Assembly: GCA_002506365.1 (NCBI GenBank)
Contig: DAXK01000045.1
Span: 6,301-70,300 of the forward strand
Origin: an archaeon UBA583
Lineage (GTDB): Archaea > Nanobdellota > Nanobdellia > Woesearchaeales > UBA583
Direction: 5' to 3'
DNA length: 64,000 bases
Shown here: positions 41,921 to 52,105 of the stretch, piece after piece
Position numbering within the stretch: the first letter of the stretch is position 1
Layout of the letters: the number at the start of each line of letters is the position of its first letter
Program-made: the position numbers and the translations under genes
The notes under the pieces: model-generated
Seen by the model: only the letters and a program-made list of their open reading frames with translations
Database searches by the model: none
Told to the model about the DNA's origin: nothing

Positions 41921-42166
41921 AGAATAAAAATAAAATTATACATTTAAAAATAAATGTATTTAAAAAAAGGAAAATACAAAATTAATTTTAATTTTTTAAC
42001 GTTCGTAAACTCCCTAAAATTAAAAATAATTTAAAATTTATGAATTTCTCAGATTTAGAGAAATTCTTTATATAGATTTTTTTTAACAAACATTATTTCA
42101 TTAAAATCCGCACGAACTTCGTCCGCACTAAAATTTTAATTCATAATCATTGTTAAAAAAATATTT

Positions 42167-44047
42167 TTATAACGTTTCTCGACCAATCTTTTCATATAAT
42201 TTATAATACCAATCAACAAATCCATAAACTTTCAAATTTACAGGCATAAAAAATCCTAAATCATCCTTTTTAGCAAAATTATCTAAAAATAAACTAGCAT
42301 CAGCTTTATCTAAATAAACTTTAAATAATTGTTCATAATTTTTAATTGTCCATCCCGCAAACTTATTAAAACTCTCTTTTGACATATCAATCTTAAGGTT
42401 TTCATTTTCACAATCAAAATTTAAAACTCCAGTTTCAAACAATCCAGTTAAATGAACTAAACCTTCACAATAATATGGCCAAACTGATTTAGTTTTCTTC
42501 CAAGCAATTAATTTTACAGCCCTCTCAACAACATCATAAAAAACTTCTTTCCAATAAGTTTCAACTTCATCTGATTTAAAAAAAGAAACTAAACCTCCAG
42601 TTGTAGCTTTATATTCCTCAATATTTTTAAAATTTCCAGACCCATTCATCTTAATTTCAGAATCACATCCTTTCCATAAAATATGTCCAAACTCATGCCC
42701 AATTGTAGAAATTGAATATATTTTATGCCAAATATCAGGAGTTTCACAAGCAACTTTTTTCAATTCATCTAAAAACTCTTTTCCAAAAACTTTATTAGAT
42801 AACTTCATATTTGGAGCAGTTTTCTCTAATTCTAAAATAAAATCAGCAAAAGCAAAAATTTTCTTTCCTCTCTTAGAACTTACAAATTCATCATTTGGAA
42901 CAACTTGAGCTGAAAAAAATCCATGAAAAAATTTTGCAAAATATAATAATGGTTTTCCAACATATAATTGAACATTATCTAATCCCTCAAGTGAAACAGA
43001 CTTAATATCTAAAATATTATTACAATCCAAACAATTTGAATCATTACTTAAATACTCATTATACATACTTTTTGTAGCAGATACAACTGTGCTAGCATCA
43101 TTTCGCTTAGGATTTACAACTCTTAAATCCCACTCAATCTCCACACAATTTCTAATATTATCATTATAATACTCCATACAATGTCCTACTTGAATTGGAC
43201 AATCAACATCCATCCAAGCAAAATCAACATCACGCCAAACAGAAATTAAATTATCGCAATCTCTTTCAGATAAAGCATGAATTAAACTCTCAAAATACTT
43301 ATTCCAATTATCTTTCATATCAAAAACATCATCAGACAATTCATCTAAAACTAAAATTAAATCATGTAACTTAGAACAAATCTCATCAACTTCAACTTCA
43401 AAAAATTCTCCATAACTTTGAGTTGAAAACCCACAACTTGAATCTTCATCTTCAACTAAAATTGAATAACTTCTATCTCCAATAGATCCATCAGGTAATT
43501 TATCCATTAAATTATTCTTATGAACAAAGCTAATAGCTTCTTGAACTTTATTATCAAATTTATTTAACAAAATAGAATTAATCTCATTTATAGCAGAATC
43601 CCAAGAAACATCTAATTGAGTAAAAGAAATACCAATTGATTTCACACCTTTAATTAATTCTCGATAAAATGGAGTTAATAACTCTTTTTCCTCCATTTCA
43701 TAAATTAATTCTTCAAACATTGAAATATGATAACTTCCAGCCCAACTATAACTAGATGCTAATATCTCTTTTTTAGATTCTGCATCTAAATCATTACTTT
43801 CAATTTCAGAAATTAAAAAATCATCCTTTAAAGTAACTAATCTACGAATTACAGATAATCTATTTTTATCATTTTTTTCAAACTCAATTGATTCTAAAAA
43901 ATCATCAATAAATTTAGCTTTTTTTTTATCTCCAAACTCATTTTCTTCAAAACACTTGTAAAAAGAATTCAAATTAGCATTTAAGCCATTTGAAATCTCA
44001 TAAACCTTTTGTAAATCATTCATAAAATCAGTTTTTAAATCAGTCAT
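42167..44047 (-). CDS. Large cytoplasmic protein with an HEXXH zinc-metallopeptidase motif (626 aa)
   Basis: ..SISTIGHEFGHILW.. followed by acidic residues about 20-25 aa downstream (..NIEEYKATTGG..), which is gluzincin-like. No signal peptide. Family not recognised. Confidence 0.45.
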   Translation of the reverse strand: MTDLKTDFMNDLQKVYEISNGLNANLNSFYKCFEENEFGDKKKAKFIDDFLESIEFEKNDKNRLSVIRRLVTLKDDFLISEIESNDLDAESKKEILASSYSWAGSYHISMFEELIYEMEEKELLTPFYRELIKGVKSIGISFTQLDVSWDSAINEINSILLNKFDNKVQEAISFVHKNNLMDKLPDGSIGDRSYSILVEDEDSSCGFSTQSYGEFFEVEVDEICSKLHDLILVLDELSDDVFDMKDNWNKYFESLIHALSERDCDNLISVWRDVDFAWMDVDCPIQVGHCMEYYNDNIRNCVEIEWDLRVVNPKRNDASTVVSATKSMYNEYLSNDSNCLDCNNILDIKSVSLEGLDNVQLYVGKPLLYFAKFFHGFFSAQVVPNDEFVSSKRGKKIFAFADFILELEKTAPNMKLSNKVFGKEFLDELKKVACETPDIWHKIYSISTIGHEFGHILWKGCDSEIKMNGSGNFKNIEEYKATTGGLVSFFKSDEVETYWKEVFYDVVERAVKLIAWKKTKSVWPYYCEGLVHLTGLFETGVLNFDCENENLKIDMSKESFNKFAGWTIKNYEQLFKVYLDKADASLFLDNFAKKDDLGFFMPVNLKVYGFVDWYYKLYEKIGRETL

Positions 44048-44129
44048 AATTAAAATATATAGAACTTAATTTATAAAAATTTAGTTTAATTTTAAGAATT
44101 CGATTTAAATACAAAATTATTTTCCAAAT

Positions 44130-44873
44130 TTGTGTTACTTGCTACATATTTTAAACAATCAATTTATATTCACAAAACTTAACTTTATTATATATAAAAT
44201 TAATAAATTAATAAATAGACAATTTTACAAAACCAAAATGGATTTAAAATTAAAAATAAAAAAAATATTATATCAATTAAGTATTATATTTTTCACATTA
44301 TCTTTTCTCACAATAATTGGGACTTCAAACTCTGAATCAGTAATACTTAAAACTCATAATGAAAATATCCCTAAACAACTATTTGATATAACATTTAATA
44401 TATATAAAAACCAAATTGGAGATATAGAACAATTATCAGGATATGGAACATTTGAAAATTTTGGATATGAAACAACACAATTACAATATACTCTAATTTT
44501 ATATGATTCTAATGTTCAAAAAGTATTATCAGTTGATAAAATAATTACTGTTCAAAGCCAAGAATCTCTAAGTTTTGAATTTGAAGAATTTAAAGATTTA
44601 GAACTTGAACCTGGAAAATATTCTATAGTATTAAGCACAATTTACAACACAGATGTAAAAGATATATTTATTCAAGATTTTTATATTTCTAATTTTTATA
44701 AAGATTCTATACAATTTATTTTATTTGTAGTATTTACAATCTTAATCTTTTTTACAATGTTCTTTATAGTTTTTGAAGTTAAAAAAGGTAAAACAAAAAA
44801 AGAAAATAAATTAATTATAAAAGAATATTTAATTAAAAATAAAAAAAAGAAACTAAAACCTAATAAAAAATAA
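44130..44873 (+). CDS. Membrane-anchored protein (N-terminal TM or signal, beta-rich ectodomain, C-terminal TM plus basic tail), paralogue of 49740..50522
   Basis: Shared motifs with ORF 49740(-): FDI.F..Y, GTFENFGYE/D, EEFKD. ELEPG aligns with NLSVG. Both have a C-terminal TM segment. Confidence 0.45.
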   Translation: MCYLLHILNNQFIFTKLNFIIYKINKLINRQFYKTKMDLKLKIKKILYQLSIIFFTLSFLTIIGTSNSESVILKTHNENIPKQLFDITFNIYKNQIGDIEQLSGYGTFENFGYETTQLQYTLILYDSNVQKVLSVDKIITVQSQESLSFEFEEFKDLELEPGKYSIVLSTIYNTDVKDIFIQDFYISNFYKDSIQFILFVVFTILIFFTMFFIVFEVKKGKTKKENKLIIKEYLIKNKKKKLKPNKK

Positions 44874-44919
44874 ATTTAATTTAAATAAATTTAAATATTA
44901 TAAATTCCATAAATATATT

Positions 44920-45498
44920 ATGAGTTTAGAAAATCCAAAATTACACTGGTATAATCAACCAAAAACAAATACAACTGGTTATAAATTATCAGGTAAATTT
45001 GATTACATTACAGTAGCATCATCACCAATGGAAGATGGAATCACATTAGAAATTGCAAATTCAATCAAAAATTACATAAATGTTTCATCCACCCCATACC
45101 AAATGAATTCATACAATGAATCAATAAATGCAAACTTTCATTGGTTTCCAATTTCAGAATTGGGATTTATGGGTTTTAATACAATTTATGGTTTTATTAA
45201 AACTATGGAAAAAATCGATAAATACAAACAAAAATCAATTATCCACTGTGAAGCTGGAACAAACCGAAGTCCAACTATGGCAATGCTTTGGTTATTATAC
45301 AAAAATGATAATAATCTTAAAAAAGCAAAATCATTCACACCTTTAGAACTAGACCTTGATTCAAAAGTTAAAGGAAACATAGAACTAGGATTAATTCCAT
45401 CTTTAGAAGATTTAAATTTATTTTTTAATGGAATAAAAAAAGATAGATATTTAGATGATATTTTATTTAATGATACAGATTTAGGAAACAAATATTAA
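44920..45498 (+). CDS. Protein-tyrosine/dual-specificity phosphatase-like protein
   Basis: CX5R active-site signature IIHCEAGTNRSPTMAMLWLLY (HCxxGxxRS). Confidence 0.65.
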   Translation: MSLENPKLHWYNQPKTNTTGYKLSGKFDYITVASSPMEDGITLEIANSIKNYINVSSTPYQMNSYNESINANFHWFPISELGFMGFNTIYGFIKTMEKIDKYKQKSIIHCEAGTNRSPTMAMLWLLYKNDNNLKKAKSFTPLELDLDSKVKGNIELGLIPSLEDLNLFFNGIKKDRYLDDILFNDTDLGNKY

Positions 45499-45523
45499 AT
45501 AAATAATTTTTTTAATTAATTAA

Positions 45524-46384
45524 TTATTTATTATCTCTAGTATGAATTTCAAATAATTCATCTTCAATTTCATCTAAAAAATCATCAATGTCTTTATCTG
45601 GATGTTCCTTTTGAAATTTCTCAAAAGCATCATCATACTTATACACTTCATAAGGATTATCTCCACCATAAATTTCATACTCAATAGAATTAATGAATTT
45701 TTTAAAATCCATATCCGAATCTTCTTTTTGTAAATGTTCTAACCTTTTAGAAAAAGATTCAACAGATTTTTCTAAATCTCCTTGTTTTACATGTTCAGGA
45801 CCTTTAAAATTAAATGTAGGTAAAATTCCAACTCTATCAAAAACTCTAAATACTCTACCATAAACTAATCCTCCAGTCTTTAAAATATTAGAAGCTTCTT
45901 TATCATAAAACTCATAAACATTCTTATCAAAAATTCCCTCTAATTTAATAAAAAAAGTTTCAAAATTTACATCTTTAACTTGATAAATCCCAAAATGAGA
46001 ATTATCTTTTAATTGTTTTAAAAATAACTTTTCAGTTTCAGTAAAAATTCCAGCTCCTAAAATATCATCATACAAAAACTTATCTTGGTCTTTAATTTTT
46101 GCTCGTAACAATAAAAATTCAATAAACCTAAAACTAAACTTATGTTCATTCTTATCATCCTTTGGAACATTTGAATATACTTTATAATGTTCAATATACT
46201 CTTTTAAATCAAACTTTCTATCAAAATAATTAATACACTTCCCATACACATCTCTTAATAAAAAATTTAATTTATACGTATCTAAAGCTTCTTCATTAAC
46301 ACCTGAACCGTGACAAACTTTAAACTTTTTACCAGAATTACAAAAACATGGTCTATTTTCAGAAACAATAATCTTACTATTCAT
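45524..46384 (-). CDS. SEC-C motif-containing protein (286 aa)
   Basis: N-terminal CFCNSGKKFKVCHG matches the SEC-C metal-binding motif (CPCGSGKKYKxCCG). The rest is unrecognised. Confidence 0.5.
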   Translation of the reverse strand: MNSKIIVSENRPCFCNSGKKFKVCHGSGVNEEALDTYKLNFLLRDVYGKCINYFDRKFDLKEYIEHYKVYSNVPKDDKNEHKFSFRFIEFLLLRAKIKDQDKFLYDDILGAGIFTETEKLFLKQLKDNSHFGIYQVKDVNFETFFIKLEGIFDKNVYEFYDKEASNILKTGGLVYGRVFRVFDRVGILPTFNFKGPEHVKQGDLEKSVESFSKRLEHLQKEDSDMDFKKFINSIEYEIYGGDNPYEVYKYDDAFEKFQKEHPDKDIDDFLDEIEDELFEIHTRDNK

Positions 46385-46526
46385 AAAATAAATCTACAAA
46401 CAACATATTATAAAACTTTGTGAGCACATTATGTCTAAATAAATTATCTTATTAATATAATAAAATACACAAAAAATATTAAAAATAAAACTAAAAACTA
46501 AAAACTAAAAAATAATTTGAATATAA

Positions 46527-47342
46527 TCATTCAATAATTACTTTAATAGTTTCAGTATGATAAACTTCACCATTTGTTAAAACATAACCAACTCTAAAAT
46601 AATTAACTCCCTTCTCTAACTTTTTAGTTAAAATATCAAACTTATGTTCATTAACATCTTGTCCAACAAAAACAGCAGAAGTTTCAGGATAAGTCATATC
46701 AGGATTATCATTAGAAATTAAAACCTTATAATACTTAAACATCTCCTTATCATCTAACTTTTCCCATTCAACAGAAACTAATTGTTTTTCTTTATCATAC
46801 TCAACTTCAATTCCATCAGCTTCAAACTCTAACTCATCATCCTCTCTTTGATCTTCAAAATCCTCATTTTCAAACTCTTCTTCATCAGATTCATCTTCAA
46901 ATCTTTCCCTTTCTAATTCTTCTAATTCCTCTTCTAATTCTTCAATCTCATCAAGCATTTCATTATACTCTTCTTCAAGTTCCTCAAATTCTTCTTCTAA
47001 CTCATCAATCTCATTAAATTCTTCATCCAATAAATCACCTAACTCATTTTCAGAACCAATTTCTTCATCATTTTCAAAATCTTCAAAAACTTCATCAACT
47101 AAATCATCCTGATAATTCTCATCACCATTTTCATTAACTTGTTCATCTCTATCACAAATATTATTGTTATCAACATCCAAACAACACTCAATTCCAACTC
47201 TAATATATGGAGCATTACAAACTACTGCTTTTTCTGAAATTCTTGCAAGATCTTCATCTGAAACTTCAGTTAAATCTACACCTGCACAACCTGTCAAAAA
47301 CAAAGTCCCTAACATTGTAAAACCAATACTTTTCTTTTTCAT
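46527..47342 (-). CDS. Acidic lipoprotein (lipobox LTGC) with a Cys-rich segment and an extreme E/D-rich region
   Basis: MKKKSIGFTMLGTLFLTGC|AG. CNAPYIRVGIECCLDVDNNNICD. About 90-aa E/D-rich low-complexity tract. Confidence 0.45.
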   Translation of the reverse strand: MKKKSIGFTMLGTLFLTGCAGVDLTEVSDEDLARISEKAVVCNAPYIRVGIECCLDVDNNNICDRDEQVNENGDENYQDDLVDEVFEDFENDEEIGSENELGDLLDEEFNEIDELEEEFEELEEEYNEMLDEIEELEEELEELERERFEDESDEEEFENEDFEDQREDDELEFEADGIEVEYDKEKQLVSVEWEKLDDKEMFKYYKVLISNDNPDMTYPETSAVFVGQDVNEHKFDILTKKLEKGVNYFRVGYVLTNGEVYHTETIKVIIE

Positions 47343-47444
47343 ATTTGATTTTTTAAAAATTTGACTTAAAAAGATTTGTTACTTTAAAAATAAAATCTAA
47401 TATAAATAATTATATAAAACTCAACATAAAAAACTTAAAATTCT

Positions 47445-48734
47445 TTATTTAAATTCTACAATACCTGAATATAAAAAATATAAAAATTGATGATAATTAA
47501 TTGGTTCCAAAGTTAACTTAAAATCCTTTTTTCTAACTAATTTATACAAACTATCTTTTCCAGCATTATAACTAACTCCAATCATAAACAAATCAATATA
47601 ACTAAAAGGATGAGTCCCATAAATATTAATATCTAACTCTTGCATAAAATTAATTAAATTTAAAATTCCAGCCTCAATTAATTCATCATCACTAGCAGAA
47701 CTAAAATTTTTCTTTTTAGTAAATCTTTCATAAGTTTTAGGCATAACTTGAATTGGTCCACGAGCCCCAGCATGAGATGTGCTAGAACCATACCCATAAG
47801 AAGTTTCAATTAAACATAATAAATTAACTAATTTAGAATTCACATTTAATTTATTTGATAACTTATCAATTTTCTCTCTTAACTGAGGATTTAAAGAAAC
47901 TGAATTAATTGAAAACTTAGTAATTTCACTTAATTTATGAATATTAATATCTGACAACTCTAAACCTTTTTTATTAACATGTCTAAGCAATCTTAACAAC
48001 AATTTATCAGAATCTTCTTTTGAATAAATATAATCAATAATTTTTTTTTCAATTAATTTAGGGTAATCTTTATAATTCACACCTTTATCATTCATAAAAA
48101 CTCTCAAACTAGAATACTTAATTTCATTAATCTTATTATTAAACCAATTAATTTCAGAATCAACATCACCGAGCAAGGAACCTAAATTCTCAAATAAATA
48201 TTTTTTAACCAAAACTGAATAATACCTATCTCTCATAAGTAAAAATAAAATTCTTAAATCTTCCAAAAAATTTTTCTTTAATAATCCTTTTTCAATATTT
48301 AAATTTTGTAACATAATCTCAAAAACTGGTTTTAAAACAAATCCATTTTCACTATAAAAATTCGATCTTGATATTCCCATATACAAAATTCCCATAATAA
48401 AATTATATCCCTGTTCATCTAATTTTTCTTTAATAATTTTTTTCTTTTGATAAAAACCAGCATTACTATAACCTGCTGGAAAATTAAACTCATACCAAAC
48501 TGAAACATAATAATCAAATAAAACTTGACACTCATCAACACTTAACTCTTCTTTAAAATGTAATTTTTTAATAACATAAGATAAATCAATTTTATCATTT
48601 GAACTTAAATTACCACTTTGATAACTAGAATTTGAACTTAAGCTAGGTTCAGCACTAATTTTACCTGAACCAAAACCAGCAGCTAAAAGACCAGTTCCAA
48701 ATATTTTTTTTAAAAAACTTCTTCGAGTATCCAC
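47445..48734 (-). CDS. Tat-secreted protein with a C-terminal lytic transglycosylase (SLT, GH23-like) domain
   Basis: Twin-arginine signal MDTRRSFLKKIFGTGLLAAGFGSGKISA. SLT catalytic region ..LIETSYGYGSSTSHAGARGPIQVMPKTY.. (compare ES....S.AGA.GLMQ.MP.T). Confidence 0.6.
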   Translation of the reverse strand: MDTRRSFLKKIFGTGLLAAGFGSGKISAEPSLSSNSSYQSGNLSSNDKIDLSYVIKKLHFKEELSVDECQVLFDYYVSVWYEFNFPAGYSNAGFYQKKKIIKEKLDEQGYNFIMGILYMGISRSNFYSENGFVLKPVFEIMLQNLNIEKGLLKKNFLEDLRILFLLMRDRYYSVLVKKYLFENLGSLLGDVDSEINWFNNKINEIKYSSLRVFMNDKGVNYKDYPKLIEKKIIDYIYSKEDSDKLLLRLLRHVNKKGLELSDINIHKLSEITKFSINSVSLNPQLREKIDKLSNKLNVNSKLVNLLCLIETSYGYGSSTSHAGARGPIQVMPKTYERFTKKKNFSSASDDELIEAGILNLINFMQELDINIYGTHPFSYIDLFMIGVSYNAGKDSLYKLVRKKDFKLTLEPINYHQFLYFLYSGIVEFK

Positions 48735-48902
48735 AATATAATCTAAAAAAAGAATATTTTATTTATAAAAAAATGTCACAACAAAATAAACTACAAATTT
48801 TAAATACAAACTATTAAAATATTACTAGAAAAACTAATAATATTTTAACCACAAAAGAATTAAGCAAAACTTAAAATATTTAATTTAATAAAATTAATTA
48901 AT

Positions 48903-49616
48903 TTATTTTTTAGAATTTAATTTTGATTTTTCACTACATTCCAAATCATTTAACCAATTAATAACTAAATCTACTCCAATCTTATAAAAAAAATTAGTTA
49001 AATCATTAATCTCCTCAAAACTAGAACTCTTAGCAGACTTTCCACCATGAACAATTGAATGCCTTTTTCCTAAAATTACTCGTAATCTATCAATTCTTCC
49101 TTTTTCCAAATCAAGTAACTTAAAAAAATCTAAACCAATTAAATCAAATGCTTTTCTAATTGAATCTAAATTTTGAAACTTATAATTTTGTGAAATAATT
49201 TCTCCCTTTGTAATTTTCCCATCTTTATACAAATCAATTTCAGAAAATGTAAACTTTTTATTAAAATCCAAAACACCTTTTGACTCAGAAAATTTATGAT
49301 TAATTAACTCAACAAATAAATCTCTAAAAAAACTCTCAAAATATGTAATTAAAGAAGTTAAATACAAATTATAATTTATATTATATATATTCTCATTAAT
49401 TAAATTTTCATGTGAAGTTTGAACAATACTTCCAAGTAACGAACCATCCATAGATGAAGAAATAGAATTTACATCAAATTGTTTAAAATAATGATTTAAA
49501 TTATCTTGAAATTCCATATGTTTATCTTTTAACAAATTATGTCCAGTTGAACTAAATTTAATTCTAGTTAAATTAGAAAAATAATTCTCAACAGGATAAG
49601 TAATATTTTTATTCAT
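48903..49616 (-). CDS. Hypothetical protein with a possible C-terminal HEPN-like Rx4H motif
   Basis: ..ILGKRHSIVHGG.. gives R-x4-H in a predicted helical context. Otherwise unrecognised. Confidence 0.3.
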   Translation of the reverse strand: MNKNITYPVENYFSNLTRIKFSSTGHNLLKDKHMEFQDNLNHYFKQFDVNSISSSMDGSLLGSIVQTSHENLINENIYNINYNLYLTSLITYFESFFRDLFVELINHKFSESKGVLDFNKKFTFSEIDLYKDGKITKGEIISQNYKFQNLDSIRKAFDLIGLDFFKLLDLEKGRIDRLRVILGKRHSIVHGGKSAKSSSFEEINDLTNFFYKIGVDLVINWLNDLECSEKSKLNSKK

Positions 49617-49739
49617 AAATATACCTAAAACAACCTAAATTATAAAACTTTTCTATAAATAAATTAAATAAAATAAAATAAATAAATTCTATAAATAATA
49701 TAAACATACTTTAAGTAAATTTTATTTTTAAAATAACTA

Positions 49740-50522
49740 TTAACTTTCATTAGACTTCATAGCATTAATAATATTAAATAAAATAAAAACAAAAACCATA
49801 AAACTTACAATATATATAACAATATTCAAATTATCCTTCATATTAATTTGCTTTTCTTCACCCTCAATAATTCTAAAACTTTGAGAAAATTTATCAGTAA
49901 CATTATCTCCATAGTTAGTAATAAAAATAAAATCATACAATCCAACACTTAAATTTACATCTTTAAACTCTTCTAAATCAAAATTAATTAATTCATTAGT
50001 TTCAACTACTAAACTTCCTGTAATCTCCTTTAACATAGTTTGTTGAAAATCAACTAAAACTAAACTATAATTTACTGGGGTTGGATCATATCCAAAATTT
50101 TCAAAAGTTCCAATAGCTCTAAGTTCATTAACAAAATTAACAACTGACCCATAAACTCTAAACTCAATATCAAATAAATCTTTAGGAACAATCTCAACTT
50201 CTTCACCCTCCTCAATCTCTTCAAAAATAACTTTATAACCATTATATTTCAAATTTGGCAATTTATCTTCATTATCTAAAAACTTTAAAGTCCAATTACT
50301 CGATTCAGGATAAAAATTAGAATTTTGTTTTAAAGATTCTACACAATTCATATTTTTTGTTAAAATAAAATACTCTGATTCAGATTTAGTTGAAATATAC
50401 AATTCTTCACAAGTTGTAATATCAAATGGTCTAAGAGAACTTCCATCACCTCCAACATAAGAATAAATATAATTAAAATTAAATAATATCATTATCGTAA
50501 CTAATATTATCTTTTTAAACAT
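49740..50522 (-). CDS. Membrane-anchored protein, inverted paralogue of 44130..44873
   Basis: GTFENFGYD, EEFKD, C-terminal TM IVIYIVSFMVFVFILFNII. See 44130. Confidence 0.45.
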   Translation of the reverse strand: MFKKIILVTIMILFNFNYIYSYVGGDGSSLRPFDITTCEELYISTKSESEYFILTKNMNCVESLKQNSNFYPESSNWTLKFLDNEDKLPNLKYNGYKVIFEEIEEGEEVEIVPKDLFDIEFRVYGSVVNFVNELRAIGTFENFGYDPTPVNYSLVLVDFQQTMLKEITGSLVVETNELINFDLEEFKDVNLSVGLYDFIFITNYGDNVTDKFSQSFRIIEGEEKQINMKDNLNIVIYIVSFMVFVFILFNIINAMKSNES

Positions 50523-50703
50523 AAATTAAATTAAATTAAACTTAGTATAAATAAAATTATAACTAAAAAAAACTCAAAACTAAAAGAAAATAATTAAACT
50601 ATTCAAACAAATTTAATTGAAATTATTTTTATATTTTAATAAAAATATGATTTAAAATAAAAAATAAATTTATTTAAAATTTTTAGAAATTTTAAAATTT
50701 CTT

Positions 50704-51489
50704 TTAATTTAAAATATGTAATAAAAACTTATCACCAAGTGAACCCATTAATTCTTGAGAAGTAGTTTTAAACTCAATACATCCAGTCTCTGAATCATAC
50801 AAAACTTCATTACTTGTATAATCTGAATCAAATAAAATCAATTTATTAGAAAGTGTTGAATCAGCACAAGTAATTTCATCAGAACTAATAATATCTTCTA
50901 AAGCATTTAAAGGAAATCCAAACCCAATACTCATTAAAGTATATAATCTTCCAGAAACTTTCACAACAGCCCCATTACTTGAAGGTTTTGAATTAAAAAT
51001 AAAATCAAAAGTTTCAGTCTCAAAAAATTCTTCTTTACTAATTCCAATTTTATAATTTAATTTTTCAATATCATCTAAATTATTATAAAACTGCATATTA
51101 ATAGTTTTCCCATCTACCTCAAAAGGATATTTATATATTTCAACATTTACTTTAGTTTCTTCAGACTTTTTAGATGAAGATTTTTTAGTTTCAACTATTT
51201 CCTTTTTTTTAATTTCTTCCTTAATTTCTAAAACTTCTGATACTAATTCCTCATTAGTTGAATCCTCTTTAACAATTTGAGGTTTTTCTTTAACTTTTTC
51301 AATTATTTCTTCAGATAAAGTTTCTTTTTTCTCAATTTCATCAGCAATATTTTCAACTTTTTTTAAATCTGAATTATTAACATTTTCAACAGAATTATTT
51401 AAAATTTCACTTGAATTCACTTCTGAATTAACTCCAACACATCCTGCAATAAACGCAATAAATATTAATAAAATAAAATTTTTATTCAT
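50704..51489 (-). CDS. Lipoprotein (lipobox IAGC) with a K/E-rich linker
   Basis: MNKNFILLIFIAFIAGC|VG followed by a low-complexity KEEIKKKE region and a C-terminal globular domain. Confidence 0.45.
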   Translation of the reverse strand: MNKNFILLIFIAFIAGCVGVNSEVNSSEILNNSVENVNNSDLKKVENIADEIEKKETLSEEIIEKVKEKPQIVKEDSTNEELVSEVLEIKEEIKKKEIVETKKSSSKKSEETKVNVEIYKYPFEVDGKTINMQFYNNLDDIEKLNYKIGISKEEFFETETFDFIFNSKPSSNGAVVKVSGRLYTLMSIGFGFPLNALEDIISSDEITCADSTLSNKLILFDSDYTSNEVLYDSETGCIEFKTTSQELMGSLGDKFLLHILN

Positions 51490-51628
51490 AGAAAAAACTA
51501 GTATAAATTATATTATAAACTCTTGTCATATTCAAAACAAATTACTAAATAATTATAATTAATTTATCCTAAATAATACGTAATTTTTTTATAACTACTA
51601 ATTTAAAAAGTTTAAATATATATAATAT

Positions 51629-51967
51629 ATGTCATATCATTTTATTATGAATACATTTAAAATTAGAAAAAATAAACATGCGATATCTCCAGTTGTTGCA
51701 ACAGCACTACTTTTAGTTGTAGCAGTTATTTCAGTTGTAGGTTTCCAAGGTTGGTTTACTCAATTTTCATCCTCAACATTAGTAAATGTAGAATCACAAA
51801 GTTCAAATTCTTTAACTTCAAATTCAATTGAAGGGATTTACGGAAACAATTTATATATTAAATCTGGAACAAATAATTCTCCATTAAAATCAATTAATAT
51901 TGGTGGAGAAGATTGTCAAATTAATGAAAATTTGATAAGGTTTAATAAAATAGAAAATTCCAAATAA
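51629..51967 (+). CDS. Small type IV pilin-like protein (class III signal); probable start at the internal Met (about 51647)
   Basis: KNKHAISPVVATALLLVVAVISVVGFQGWFTQFSSSTLVNVESQSS shares the N-terminal module with ORFs 4777, 6667 and 39935(-). Confidence 0.6.
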   Translation: MSYHFIMNTFKIRKNKHAISPVVATALLLVVAVISVVGFQGWFTQFSSSTLVNVESQSSNSLTSNSIEGIYGNNLYIKSGTNNSPLKSINIGGEDCQINENLIRFNKIENSK

Positions 51968-52105
51968 TTTCTTAACACTTCGTTAAAATTATTTAGAATT
52001 TAAATTAATATTTTTCGCTCGATTTCCGCGAAAAAGAAATATAGTATTTTTATTTCTTCTCAATTCTTCCGCACTTCGTTTGTCGAAATCAGAAGAATTA
52101 AAAAT

